NCBI GenBank assembly: GCA_964016885.1
Contig: OZ024742.1
Span: forward strand, 238,886,001 to 238,950,000
Direction of reading: 5' to 3'
Length of the DNA stretch: 64,000 bases
From: Eledone cirrhosa
Lineage: Eukaryota
Shown piece by piece: positions 49,141 through 61,602 of the stretch. The translations under genes and the position numbers were made by a program. Each line of letters starts with the position of its first letter. Within the stretch, counting starts at the first letter, position 1. Under the pieces are notes generated by a model. That model did not search any database. It was not told where the DNA came from and worked only from the letters and a program-made list of their open reading frames with translations.

Positions 49141-50789
49141 GATTTCATTTATTAGCCACCAGGGCCGACATGTAGGGGACAATACAAAGACAGGGACAGT
49201 GGGGGTTTACAATAAGGTCGAGTAAAAGTGCACAATGGCAAGACTAATTTAACAATGAAAATATAAAAATATAAAATAAACTATGCATAAATATAACAAA
49301 ATAAATTCCCCGATAGGGGGTGTACGACCCTGGGGTGCTTCAGGTACCCCACCAATCCTGAACCACCCCGCGCTTCTAGGGCACCTAGGGAGACCACCCC
49401 TCTCCTCAAGTTAGCCAGCCTATAGGCGCATGGTCAGAGTAGGCCCATTCACACGAGCCATTCTCGCCACATTTACCCACCTTTTAGCAAATGTACTGGG
49501 GGGCAGCACTTCTCTCTCCACCCTCACCTTCCTTTCCAGGTGAAACTTGAAGAAGTTGATGAGGGATTGGCCGAAGAGAAAAGTGTCTGTCTTTAGTCCT
49601 TTCAACCTGGTCCACCATATAATCTTTTTCGCAACTGCCACCAGACAGAGGAAAATTTCCTGCTCTTCCTGACCTAAGGAAGGCGGTGGATCGATCTTCA
49701 CTATGGACTCGGCCGATAGCCGGATTCGTCCCACACGCGACAGTAGCTGTTCGACATAACTCCACAAGTCAGTAATGCACGGACATTGGACAAGTGCGTG
49801 GAGAACGGTTTCGTCGTTCTGTGCGCATCTTGGGCAGGTCCGTCTGACAGCACTTCCGTGCCTGTAGAGTTTATCCCGAACCGGCAGTGCCCCCCGGTAG
49901 CACTGCCAAGCGAGGGATTTCTGGAAACCGTCTATCGTCCCCGGCTTAAAAGTCCTCCGGTACAGACTGGTCAGTTCGACTTCGTCGAGGCCCAAAGCTT
50001 CTCCGAGTGCGTCATCGCACTTGCCCACCACTAATCCTCTATAGAACTCGAGAGTGGAAGTTCCACTGATCGCATTGCCCGCTTGGTAGAGAGCAGTGAG
50101 TGCCTGGCAACATTCCAGGTGCCAGTCACCCAGTCTCGGTCTCTTCTTGACCCAGGACTGCAGCTCAGTCAAAGAAATGAGCTGCGGAAAGGCCCGTCTG
50201 ATAAACGGCGACCACACCTGTTCACCGTTGAGGCAGAATATCTGGAGATGTCGCAGCCTCAACGCATGTCTGCGCATCATTAGCCACGGCATGCGCAGCC
50301 CTCCGCGTAGAGGGAGCTGGCAGCAGATGGACCGCCTCACCAACGGAACTTGTCCCCTCCACAAGAATTTGAAGAGGAGCCGTTCCAGCTTGACGAGGCG
50401 CGGACGGGGGCAAGGCACGACGGTCAGGCGGTAGTAGATGACGGACGCGATGTACGCATTCGCCACCTCCGCGCGACCTTTCAGTGATAGTTTCCTCCCA
50501 GCCCATTTTGGGGTGAGACTGGCTACTCTGCTCGTTACCTCGTCCCAATTCTTTTCCACCTGGAGGTCTGGTCCGAACCAAACCCCGAACAACTTTACCG
50601 GTCCGTCCGTCCAGCGCCCCACGACGCTGTTGGACGGCATGGGCTTGCCTCTCCAGGTTCCGAGATGCAAGCCCACCGACTTTTCCGGGTTAAATTTGGC
50701 TCCTGTCAACCTTTCATATTCCTTCAATAAGGTGCCGACCACCTCGATTTCTGAGGTGTTCGACACCATCACGGTGATGTCATCCGCAT
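49141..50789 (-). mobile_element. Tx1 LINE 3' part (same subfamily as 26973-31000), truncated at the YADD codons
   Basis: ORF 49420-50772 is nearly identical to the 29510-30715 region, with the same 3'UTR. Tail meets (AAT)n at 49120-49140. Confidence 0.93.
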
Positions 50790-53484
50790 GATTTCTTTAT
50801 TGGCCACAAGGGCTGACATCAAGAAAAACATCACAGACGGAACAGGACGGTACCATGTGGGTTTTGTGCGTGTAAATATTTTTATTATTTATATAAGAAA
50901 AGAAAAAAGACATAAAACATATATATATATAAACAATAAAATGAAAATTGAAACAATGAAAAATTCCCCAATAGGGGGGAAACCTCCGAGGGTTACTCGT
51001 GGCGAAAACCACACAAAAGACCACGGCCACCCTGACTACCAGGGCAAGCGCCCTCTCTCAATTTTTCCATCTCTCAAACTACAGACGTATATTCAGACCA
51101 TTCTCGCTACATTCACCCACCTTTCAACAAACTTGCTAGAAAGCAGCACTTGCCTCTCCACCCTGATTTTCCTTTTCAAGTGAAACTTGAAAAAGTTAAT
51201 CAGGGATTCGCCGAAGAGGAAAGTGTTTGTCTTTAATCCTTTTAACCTTGTCCACCACACAATCTCTTTCGCCATGGCCACCAGGCAGATGAAAACCGCC
51301 TGCCCTTCCTCCTCAAAGGAAGACGGCGAGACCATCTGCACAATGGACTCAGTCGACAACCGGATCAGTCCCACACGTGATAGCAACTGTTCGACATAGC
51401 TCCACAAGTCAGCAATGCTCGGGCACTGAACGAGTGCGTGCACAACGGTTTCGTCGCTATGCGCGCATCTCGGACAGGCTCGGCTGACGGCACTTCCGTT
51501 CCTGTAGAGCTTATCTCGAACCGGCAGCGCTCCCCGGTAGCACTGCCAGGCCAGGGATTTTTGGAAGTTATCCATAGGCCCCGGGCTGAAAGTTCTCCGG
51601 AAGAGAGCAAGCAGCTGATCTTCTTCGACGCCCAGGATCTCTCCGAGAACGTCGTCGCTCTTCCCCTCCACTAGTCCTCTATAGAACGCCGAGGTGGATG
51701 TTCCACCGATACTGGTGCCCAACTGGGAGAGGGCAGTGAGTGCCTGGAGACATTCCAGTTTCCAAGCGCTATCCCTCGGTCTTTTTCTGACCCATGACTG
51801 CAGCTCCGTCAAGGAGACGAGCTGTGGGAAAAGATGCCTGGCGAACGGCGACCACACCTGTTCACCGTCAAGGAAGCACCAGAGATGTCGCAACCTCAGC
51901 GCATGTTTGCGCATCATCAGCCATGGCATGCCCAGTCCTCCACGCAACGGGTGTTGACAACAGATGGATCGTCTGACCATGGGAGCGCGTCCCTTCCACA
52001 AAAAGCAGAAGAGGAGGCGCTCCATTTTGGTGAGAGTTGGGCTGGAGCAAGGGACGACGGTGAGGCGGTAGCAGATGACGGATGCGATGTACGCATTCGT
52101 CACCTCCGCCCGGCCTTTCAGGGACAGCTTCCTCTCGGCCCATTTCTGGATGAAGGAAATGGGCCGAGAGGAAGTTAGTGACGTCTGCTAAGAGGTCACC
52201 GAACAAGTCTGGCATAAATGCATAAAGCTCGTAGGGCAGACCATCCAAACCTGGCGATTTACCCCTCGTGCAGCTAGCCATCGCTTCCCGTATTTCACTG
52301 GCTGTTATTGGCTTTTCGCAACACTGTGCTGCGGTCGTCGAGAGCCGAGGCAGTCCATCGAGGTATGCACTGAAGTCCATACCCCGATCCGGCCCGCAGC
52401 TGCTCCCGAACAGTTCAGCAAAGTGCTGCTGAAAAGCTTCACACATCTGCTCGGGTTCAAGCAACACGCGCCCGTTTTGATCAGACAAAGACCGAATTGT
52501 GGCTTTATTGCCACGTCGCGCCTCTGCCACCCGGGCCCATTGGACGGCTTTTGTCCCCTCGTGTTTCAGAGCACGCGCTCTAGCTCTAACAACGCAGCCT
52601 TCGTGTTTTGCGTTAACGAATTGGTCGAGTGCCAATCTCGCCGCAAGCACGTCGGTTGCGATGCCTGTCCTAAACGCCTCTTCTAGCTTTCTGACTAGCT
52701 CTCCCTCTACTCTATTTTCCTCTATCACTAGTCCTTTGCTAAACCTAATCGACTCTACTTTAATTGCCCTTTTTAGGGCGAACCACCACCTGTTGTTGAC
52801 GGCCGCTCCCGTCAACGCCCGCTTAACTAATACGCTAATCCGGTCTCTGTAGACTTTGCGCGCCGGGAAAGACGCATTCAGCTTGCAGTAACCAGGCCCT
52901 TGTCTATGAAGTCTGTCTATGTCGATCTCACAGATCACAAATTTGTGGTCTGTGTAGTCAACTATTTTAAATTGTGGACAACTTATACTAGCCTTATCTA
53001 GTTCTCTGCAGAATACCCTATCGAGATACCATCTAGATGACCCGATGTGGTTTGTCCATGTCCACATTGGTTCATTCGGCTGATCCAGTCGATACCTGTC
53101 AGACAGTTCAAAACGTTTGAGCAGGTTGGTGAGGCTCTTGCACCCTCCTCCCCTATCCACTAGCCCCACACAATCCCAGCGTGCATCCAAGATACCGTTC
53201 CAGTCGTCCACTAACACTAAAGAGCGGGACGTTCCAAGAAAGGTCTCTAGACGTCTGAAGAAATCTAGCCGTCCTGCCCTTGTTGGGGCGTAGACGGCTA
53301 CTAGCCTGAAAGCATTGCCATCGCTGCCGGTCACGTCCAGCACCACCGACTTACCTTCTGGGTGTAGGAAGATGGCCCGTATGGCGAGATCCAAGCCTCT
53401 CCGAAAAAGGACGGCAACCCCTCCCCCCGATCCTAGACGGCTGGGAGATGCGTATACATCGCAGCCGCCGAAGATCGGTGCGAA
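50790..53484 (-). mobile_element. Tx1 LINE (third subfamily), 5'-truncated in the endonuclease, RT core deleted
   Basis: ORFs 51868-53394 and 51093-52103. Roughly 0.9 kb of RT is missing at ~52150-52180. Confidence 0.92.
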
Positions 53485-53622
53485 ATTTCTTTATTGGCCA
53501 CAGGGTCTGACATCAAGAAAAACATTACAGACGGCACAGGACGGTACAATGTGGGTTTTGCGCGTGTAAAGATTTTTATTATTTATATAAGAAACGAAAA
53601 AGAAAAAAGACATAGAAACACA

Positions 53623-53714
<92 letters not shown>

Positions 53715-53717
<3 letters not shown>

Positions 53718-55217
53718 ATAATAATAAATTTGAAGACTAAAATCCAAAGAGGGCTCGATAAGGATAAATATATATCAAATATATAAGAACCGTAGAGCAA
53801 ATATTTATTAAAATAACAGATTAAAGTTTAAGCAAAGAATCGCTGCTTTCACCCTTAACGGGATCTTCTGAAACTAACAAAGTCAATCTGTAAACGCAGA
53901 AGTGGATATTTCAAAAAACGTTGCAACCGGAGGAAGACAGGAAGACGATACTTTGGTTCGTGGAAACGTTCGCTGGCAAAGAACGGGAAAAAACGAATAT
54001 AATACGTCATTAATAGGAGCGGTGAAAAACAAAGACAGAACCACGTTTATGGTATAAAAGAGGTCGTAGACTAATGTTCTCTTAGGTGGTTCATAGAGAC
54101 GTTCTCTGGCAATGAACGAAAAAAACGAAGATAATACGTCATATGTGGAGCGTGGAGAACAATAACACGCAAAGACAAAACCACGTAAATGGTATAGCAG
54201 AAGTCGTAGACTAAAATTCTAACTAGGAGACCGAATGAATCTCCGCTTCAGAGTTAAGAACAAATACAATACAGAAGTAATAGAAATAAATAAATACATA
54301 CACGCAAACAAATACGTACATACACAAGCATACGCAAAACACTTACAATAGGTATACTAAACCACGCACATATAAATATGTGAGTGTGTGTATGGGTGTA
54401 TACAAATAAATAAATAATTATATAAACGTATATAAATAAATGAATACGTATATAACAAGAGCACACACATATCTACATGTAAATACACGAATGTTCGGAG
54501 ACGTAAGTCAACCAAAACATAAAGTACACATATACACACACCCTACATACGTACGAACCTGCATACTCGCGCAGAGGCAAAACTCCCGAATACACATAGC
54601 CAAACCATATATACCACAATATATAAAAATATACGCCATAACATAAACAATCAAATATACGTACGAGAAGGTATGCGTACCTTCACAAAACATCCGGGTA
54701 ATATATACTTACCTATGCAAATAAGTAATGGTATAAACAAAACATATACTTAGCTCCCACATCAAGACGTAAAATATCCACGTATAGATCGTACTATCCG
54801 TTAGGGTATAATGTGGGGCTGTAATACAGGAAAGTTTTGTGCAATTTATGTTTACAAGCCGAAATTGCCTCAGATTTTTTGTTTAAGATGTGGTCTGTGG
54901 CGTAGAGTATTTCCAGGGCCTCAGCGGCGCAGAGGTCACGTGGTCTTTTATTTCCGTTATACGATCTAGCCCTAGATAGGATCTCCCAGTGTAACTTATA
55001 TTGGGTGTGGTTGTCTTTTAGACTCCAGATATAAGCTGAAAGTGACGTCATATTCCTTCTTAGAGGGTAACGAAAAGAATGGGTATGCATGTAAAGACGC
55101 TGCTTCGTTTTTTGAAATATCCACTTCTGCGTTTACAGATTGACTTTGTTAGTTTCAGAAGATCCCGTTAAGGGTGAAAGCAGCGATTCTTTGCTTAAAC
55201 TTTAATCTGTTATTTTA

Positions 55218-55225
<8 letters not shown>
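53715..55225 (-). mobile_element. Naiad-type Penelope, severely 5'-truncated, with inverted pLTR, in (TA)n
   Basis: ORF 54794-55090 TSLSAYIWSLKD..WEIL..DLCAAE..LNKKSEAISACKH. 53801-53920 is the reverse complement of 55106-55225. Long (TA)n on both sides. Confidence 0.9.
55151..55201 (+). ncRNA. Non-canonical hammerhead-like motif (sense copy at 53825-53875, minus)
   Basis: AGTTT-CAGAAGA-tCCC GTTAA GGGt-GAAA-GCA...TGC-TT-AAACT. Confidence 0.55.
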
Positions 55226-55303
<78 letters not shown>

Positions 55304-55337
55304 AATGAAAATTCAAACAATGAAAAAAAAAAAAAAA

Positions 55338-55528
55338 TAATAATAATTGTTTCTACTTTAGGCACAAGGCCAGCAATTACCCAGTGCATTATTGGTACTT
55401 TATTTTATCGACCCCGTAAGGATGAAAGGCAAAGTCAACCTCGGCGGGATTTGAACTCAGATCGTAAAGGGGCGTAACTATGCTGGAAAGCATGGCGTCC
55501 GACCCTCTACCGATACTGCCAATCCACC
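55338..55528 (-). mobile_element. SINE (10589 family), near full length, with (ATT)n tail
   Basis: Near-exact reverse complement of 10590-10770. Confidence 0.93.
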
Positions 55529-55555
55529 GTCTTAGAATATAATAATAATAATAAT

Positions 55556-58500
55556 ATTTTCTTTATTAACCACAAGGGTTTACATGAAGTAGACATTAAG
55601 AACAGTACAGGACAATAATGCCCCGGTACAAATGGGCATTTCTGCGTGTAAAAAAAAACCCAGAGGATGTAATAAAAATAACAATGAAAAATTCCCCAAT
55701 AGGGGGGGGGGGGGAGACTTCGTAGGGACATTTGTGGAGAAAGCCCAGTAAAAGGCCACAGTGACCCTGACCACCAAGGCAAGTGCCCTCTCCCAGTTTT
55801 CCACCTTTAATTTACATATACGTACTCAGAGTAGGCCCATTCACTCGGGCCATTCTTGCTTCTCTCACCCATCTTTCAACAAAATGCTGGGAAGAGAGCA
55901 CTTCCCTCTCTACTCTGATTTTCCTTTTCAAATGAAATTTGAAAAAGTCAATCAGGGCATCACCGAAGAGGTAAGTGCTCGTCTTCAGCCCTTTCAAACG
56001 TGTCCACCATACTATCTCTTTCGCCATGGCCACCAGACAGATAAAAACTGCCTGCCCTTCCCGGCTAAAGGAAGAGGGCGGGGCATCCTCACGATGGACT
56101 CAGCTGATAGCCGGATCCGTACTACACGCGACAGCAGGTGTTCGACATAAACCCACAAGTCAGCAATTTTCGGACACTGGACGAGTGCGTGCAGGACGGT
56201 TTCGTCGCCCTGCGCGCATCTCGGACATGCCCGGATGACGGCACCTCCATGTCTGTAGAGTTTATCCCGAACCGGCAAAGCTACTCGGTAGCACTGCCAG
56301 GCCAGGGATTTCTGGAAGTTGTCCATAGGCCCCGGCCCGAAAGTCCTTCCGAAGAGATTGGCGAGTTGATTTTCTTCGATGCCTAGAGTTTCTCCAAGTA
56401 TGTCGTCGCTCTTCCCCTCCACTAATCCTCTATAGAACGCCAAGGTGGAGTTTCCACCGATCACATTTCCCGATTGGTCAAGGGCTGTGAGCGCCTGAAG
56501 ACATTCCAGTCTCCAAGCGCTCCCTCTCGGTCTTCGCTTGACCCAGGACTGCAGCTCCGTCAAGGAGACGAGCTGGGGAAAGACGCGTCTAGCAAACGGC
56601 GACCACACCTGATCACAGTCGAGGAAGAGGTGGAGATGTCGTAGCTTGAGCGCGTGTCTGCGCATCATCAGCCACGGCATGCCCAGCCCTCCACGTAGCG
56701 GGTGTTGACAGCAGATGGACCGCCTGATCATCGGAACGCGTCCCTTCTACAAAAAGTGAAAGAGCAAACGTTCCAGCGAAGTCAGGCGGGGCTTAGGACA
56801 AGGTACGACGGTCAGGCGGTAGCAGATGACAGACGCGATGTACACGTTAGCCACCTCCGTTCGACCTTTCAGGGATAGCTTCCTCTCGGCCCATTTCTGG
56901 GTGAGAGAAGCCACCCTGCTCGTCACCTCGTCCCAGTTTTTGTCCGTCTGGAGGTCTGGACCGAACCAGACCCCTAGCAATTTAACCGGTCCGTCCGTCC
57001 AGCGTCCGACGACGCTGTTGGACGGCATGGACCTGCCTCTCCAGGTGCCGAGCTGCAGGCCCACTGACTTTTCCTGGTTGATCATTGCTCCTGTCACCGC
57101 TTCGTATTCTCTTAGTGTAGTGTCGATCGCCTCGATGTGTTTGGCGTTCGACAATACGTACAAGAGGGACGAGAGGGGGCATCCTTGGCGGACCGAGCGT
57201 ATTATGTTGAACGGTTCCGAAAGGTGATCGTTCACTCTCACCACAGAGCAGATGTCGCTGTGCATGGCAGCGATCCAGCCTCTGAAGACGGGCCCAAAGC
57301 CAGCCGCCCTCAGGACTGCCGCTAGGTAACAATGGTCGACCCTATCAAAAGCTTTCGACTGATCTAAATTGATCAAGGACCCACCCGTGCCAGGTTCCCT
57401 AGCTACCCTCTCTACGATATATCGCATGAGGTGGAGGTGGTCGTGAATGGATCTGTCGGGAATGGCGCATGTATGCGCCTCTCCCACCAGACCACCAACG
57501 ACAAGCGCCAACCTCTTTGCTAGCACCTTGGCCAAAATCTTGAACTCTGTGTTTAGCAGAGTTATGGGCCTGAAATTATCTATGTTATCCCCCTTGTTTG
57601 GATCCTTTCTCAGCAGTGCCACTGCTCCTCGGCTCACAGAGCTGGGAATTCTCCCGTTCTGTTGCCAGTTGCAGTAGACGTCCGCCAAGAGGCCTCCGAA
57701 CAAGTCTGGCATCTGTACGTAAAGTTCATAGGGCAGACCATCCAATTTACCCCTTGTACAGCTCGTCATTGCCTCCCGTACTTCAGCGGCTGTTATCGGC
57801 TTTTCGCAACACTCCGCCTCAGTGGCCGAGAGCCGCGGCAGTCCGTCGAGGTAGACACTAAAGTCCATCCCTCGACCCGGCCCACCGCTGCCCCCGAACA
57901 GTTGAGTGAAGTGTCGCTGAAAAGCTTCACACATTTGCTCGGGATCGAGTAGCATGCGCCCGTCGGGGTCCACCAAAGACCGGATCGTGGCTTTGTTGCC
58001 ACGACGCGCCTCCGCCACTCGGGCCCATTGAACGGCTTTCGTCCCCTCGTATCTGAGAGCACGCACCCTAGCTCTGACAACGCAGCCTTCGTGCTTTGCA
58101 TTGAAGAATTGGTCAAGGGCCAATTTCGCCGCAAGCACGTCGGTCGCAATGCCTTTGCTAAGCGCCTCGTCTAATTTTCTAACTAGTTCTCCCTCTGCTC
58201 TATTTTTCTCTATTGCTAAAGCCTTACTAAACCTAATGGACTCTATTCTAATCGCTCTTTTCAGAGCAAACCACCACTTGTTGTTGACGATGGCCCCCGT
58301 CAATGCCCGCTTAACTAGTTCGCTAATCCGGTCTCTGTAGGCCTTGCGCGCTGGTAAGGACCCGTTTAGCTTCCAGTAGCCTGGTCCTCGTCTATGAAGC
58401 CTAACAAAGTCAAGCACACAGATCACGAATTTGTGGTCCGTGTAGCTGACTATCTTGAATTGTGGACAGCCTATGCTAGACCTATCTATTTCCCTACAAA

Positions 58501-61479
58501 ATACTCTATCTAGATATGATCTGGATGACCCTATGCGATTTGTCCAAGTCCACATTGGCACATTCGGGAAATCCAATCGGTACCTGTCAGACAGTTCAAA
58601 ACGCCTGAGCAGGTTGGTGAGGCTCTTGCACCCTCCACCCCTATCCGCTAATCCCACACAGTCCCAGCGTGCATCTAAGATCCCGTTCCAGTCGCCCACT
58701 AACACTAAAGAGCGGGAGGTTCCAAGAAAGGTCTCCCGACGCCGGAAGAAATCAGGCCGTCCTGCTCCTGTCGGGGCATAGACGGCCACTAGCCTGAAAG
58801 CTTGCCCATCTCCGCTGGTCACGTTCAGCACCACCAACTTACCCTCTGGGTCCAGGAAGATGGCCCGTATGGCAAGATCCAAACCTCTCCGAAAAAGCGC
58901 AGCAACTCCTCCCCCCCGATCCAGGACGGCTGGGAGATGCGTACACATCGTAGCCGCCGAAGATCGGTGCGAAGGCCCGTGCTTCGGAGATTCTGGTCTC
59001 GCTGATGGCTACTACATCTATGTTTAGTGACCTGAGGTCGTTGAGCAGGTGGCCCTGCTTCCATGACGACCCCAAGCCACGCGCATTTATGCTGCCTATT
59101 CTGAGTGAGGTCATGTTTAAAATAGAGTGGAAAAGTTAGGAAAGACCACCTGCCGTACTTTTCGTAGAGGAAGGATGGTTTTTCCATCCCTTTTCACTTG
59201 ATCGTCTGGTGAAGGGACCGTTGAATCGTCCCTTCGGCTGGTCATCGGCTCTTCTATGAGTATGTCCGAATATACTCTCCGGTTGAGAGTCCCTCCTAGG
59301 TCTTTGAAATCACCAACTGCGTTGGGGAATTTCGTTTTAATGTTTGTGTATTGTTTCTGTGCTATTTTTAGCAGTCTTATGTTCGTTGGCGTTTTGATTG
59401 GTGCTGGTATTATGTAGTCGTGCTGTGAAATGTCTGTGTGTTCAATTATGTAAGTCATTAGTTTCTTGTTGTGTGTATTTATTGCCGTGCATTTGTTTTT
59501 CTGGGAGGGGGGGGGGTCTGCTATTTTCTTGTCGTTGTTGCTGGGTGTGTGTGTTTTGTTGTTGTGTTTGCGATGTTGGTGCTTGTGGTGGTGGTGTTGA
59601 AGGTGTTGTTGTTGTTGGCGGTGGGGTTGTCGTCGGTGGTGATGGTGGTGCTAGTGTGGGTGGTGATGGTGTTGGTGGTGTTGCTGCTGTGAGTCTCTTT
59701 GCAGTAGCCTTTACCCTTTTTTCATTTCTTTCCTCCCTTTTCGAAGGCGATGATGCGCTGCTTCTGCGTTTGTGCCTTCTTACGACCTTTTTCCATCCCT
59801 CTCCCACCTCACACTCCATGTCTAATTCTGTGAGGTCGGGGAGGGGTACCAGCTCCACTCTTTCACTTGTTGTTGGTGGTGATGTTTGCACTGGAGTCTC
59901 TGTTGCAGCTGCATTTGGTATTGCTGTTGTTGTTGTTAATACTTCCACTGCTGCTGCTGTTTTTGATTTCCGTGGCGTGGGTATGGGTGCCACGGACCTA
60001 TCGTTCCTGGTTGCCGCTTGTCCTGTTGCTGGTAGCCGTGGGGCCGGTTTCGGAAGGAGGGGGGTTTTCTCCTTTCTCAGGGTTTTCTCGTTGCAGAAGG
60101 CCCTGAGGTGAGTCTTCGATCCACAGCGAAAGCATTTCGGGCGTTTGACCTCAACACTTATGGGCAATTGAGAGCCGTTATCGAAGTCTATCACATCCGG
60201 GATAGCTTCGATGCACTCCTGGTTGGTTTGGATTAACATCTCAATGGAGGTGCCGACCCAATCTTCTCTTATTTTTTTCTGTACTTGCAGTACAGATTCC
60301 GACGAGGACAGACGCGGCCAGCCAAGAAGGGGCCATCCCGGGGGGGGGGGGGGGGGGGGGACGTGGGTCAGTTTGAACCTCACAAATTTTTTGCCCGCAG
60401 TAGGAGGGCACCAACACCATTTCCTCGCTCCTTAGGGTCACTAAGGATTGAGCCTTTGCCTCCTGGGGTGTGGCAAAAAGCACGTCTACGGTGGCATATT
60501 TCTTGCCTCGGGTGATGTGCGTTTTCCGCTGCCACACAGACCCTAAGGCTTTTTGTATTTGAGCCTGTGTGGCTCTTTCAACCCTACGGGATTTTGTGCT
60601 TACTGTACGGTACGTGACCGTACAGTGCTGTTGGGTTTCGAAAAAATTTTCGGCTGCCTTGCAGATTGCTCGGTGTCCGGTTTTCGTCACCATCTTCTTC
60701 GCTTCCTCTAATTCCTCATTTGTTATGAGGATGGTTTCCAGGTTCTTTGCGATACCTGCAAACGAGATTGATTTTTCTTTGCTGCTGTTGTTGTTGTTGT
60801 TGTCGTCGTCAGAGCTGCTGTTACTTTTGTTGTTGCTGCAGGTACTACGACTACTGCCGCCGCCGCTGTTGCTGTGGTTGTTGTTGTTGTTGTTGCTGCT
60901 GCTGCTGCTGTTGTTGTTGCTGTTGCTGCTAATGCTGTTTATGCTGCTGCTGATGCTGTTGCGGCTGCTACTGTTGTTTTCCTTGTCACTGTTGCTGCTT
61001 CTGCTGTTATTACGGCTGCTACTGCTATTATTCCTGACGTCAGACGAATGAAATGGGTTTTCGTATTTCCCGCACACCTTTTTCGCCGTTGTCGTCGTCG
61101 TCGTGGAGAAATCTTGCACGCTTTGCACGTGATTTTTCTTTTCTGGCGTCGCTTGCGAAAGAGAAGGGAGGGAGAGAGACAATCTTCTCTCTGCTGTAGT
61201 GACGATTGAGGAAGAAGAAGACGGAATGAGTGGGAGTGACCTATGAAAATTCTTTTTCGTAGCCAGGTTTTTTTTGTTTAAAATAAATATTGAGCACAAA
61301 ACCCCAATAAGCGGTTATTTAACCCCGAAGGGCCAAATAACGGGCAGAAAGACCCCTCTCACGAGGAGGAGGGTGTTTTTGTCTACAATTTGGTTAAAGT
61401 TTTAAACAATTTACAATTGTTATAGCGGTCAAAATTTACAATACCTTACAGCGCCGAGCCTCCGTCAACCATAGCATTC
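55556..61479 (-). mobile_element. Full-length Tx1-clade LINE (copy B)
   Basis: 5'UTR, frameshifted ORF1 (60241-61299, 59442-60383, 59117-59458; CFRCGSKTHLRAFC), ORF2 from 59114 with an in-frame deletion of YADD at ~57150, and 3'UTR. (AAT)n on both sides. Confidence 0.95.
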
Positions 61480-61578
<99 letters not shown>

Positions 61579-61602
61579 AAGAAGAAGAAGAAGAAGAAGA
61601 AG
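61480..61602. repeat. (AAT)n(AAG)n compound microsatellite
   Basis: Directly visible. Confidence 0.98.

Larger units (their letters stand above)
53485..55337 (-). mobile_element. Short Tx1 3'UTR fragment (like 50790-50962) split by a Penelope insertion in its (TA)n
   Basis: 53485-53625 matches 50790-50920, and the match resumes at 55301-55325 (AACAATGAAAATTCAAACAATGAAAAA). Confidence 0.85.
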
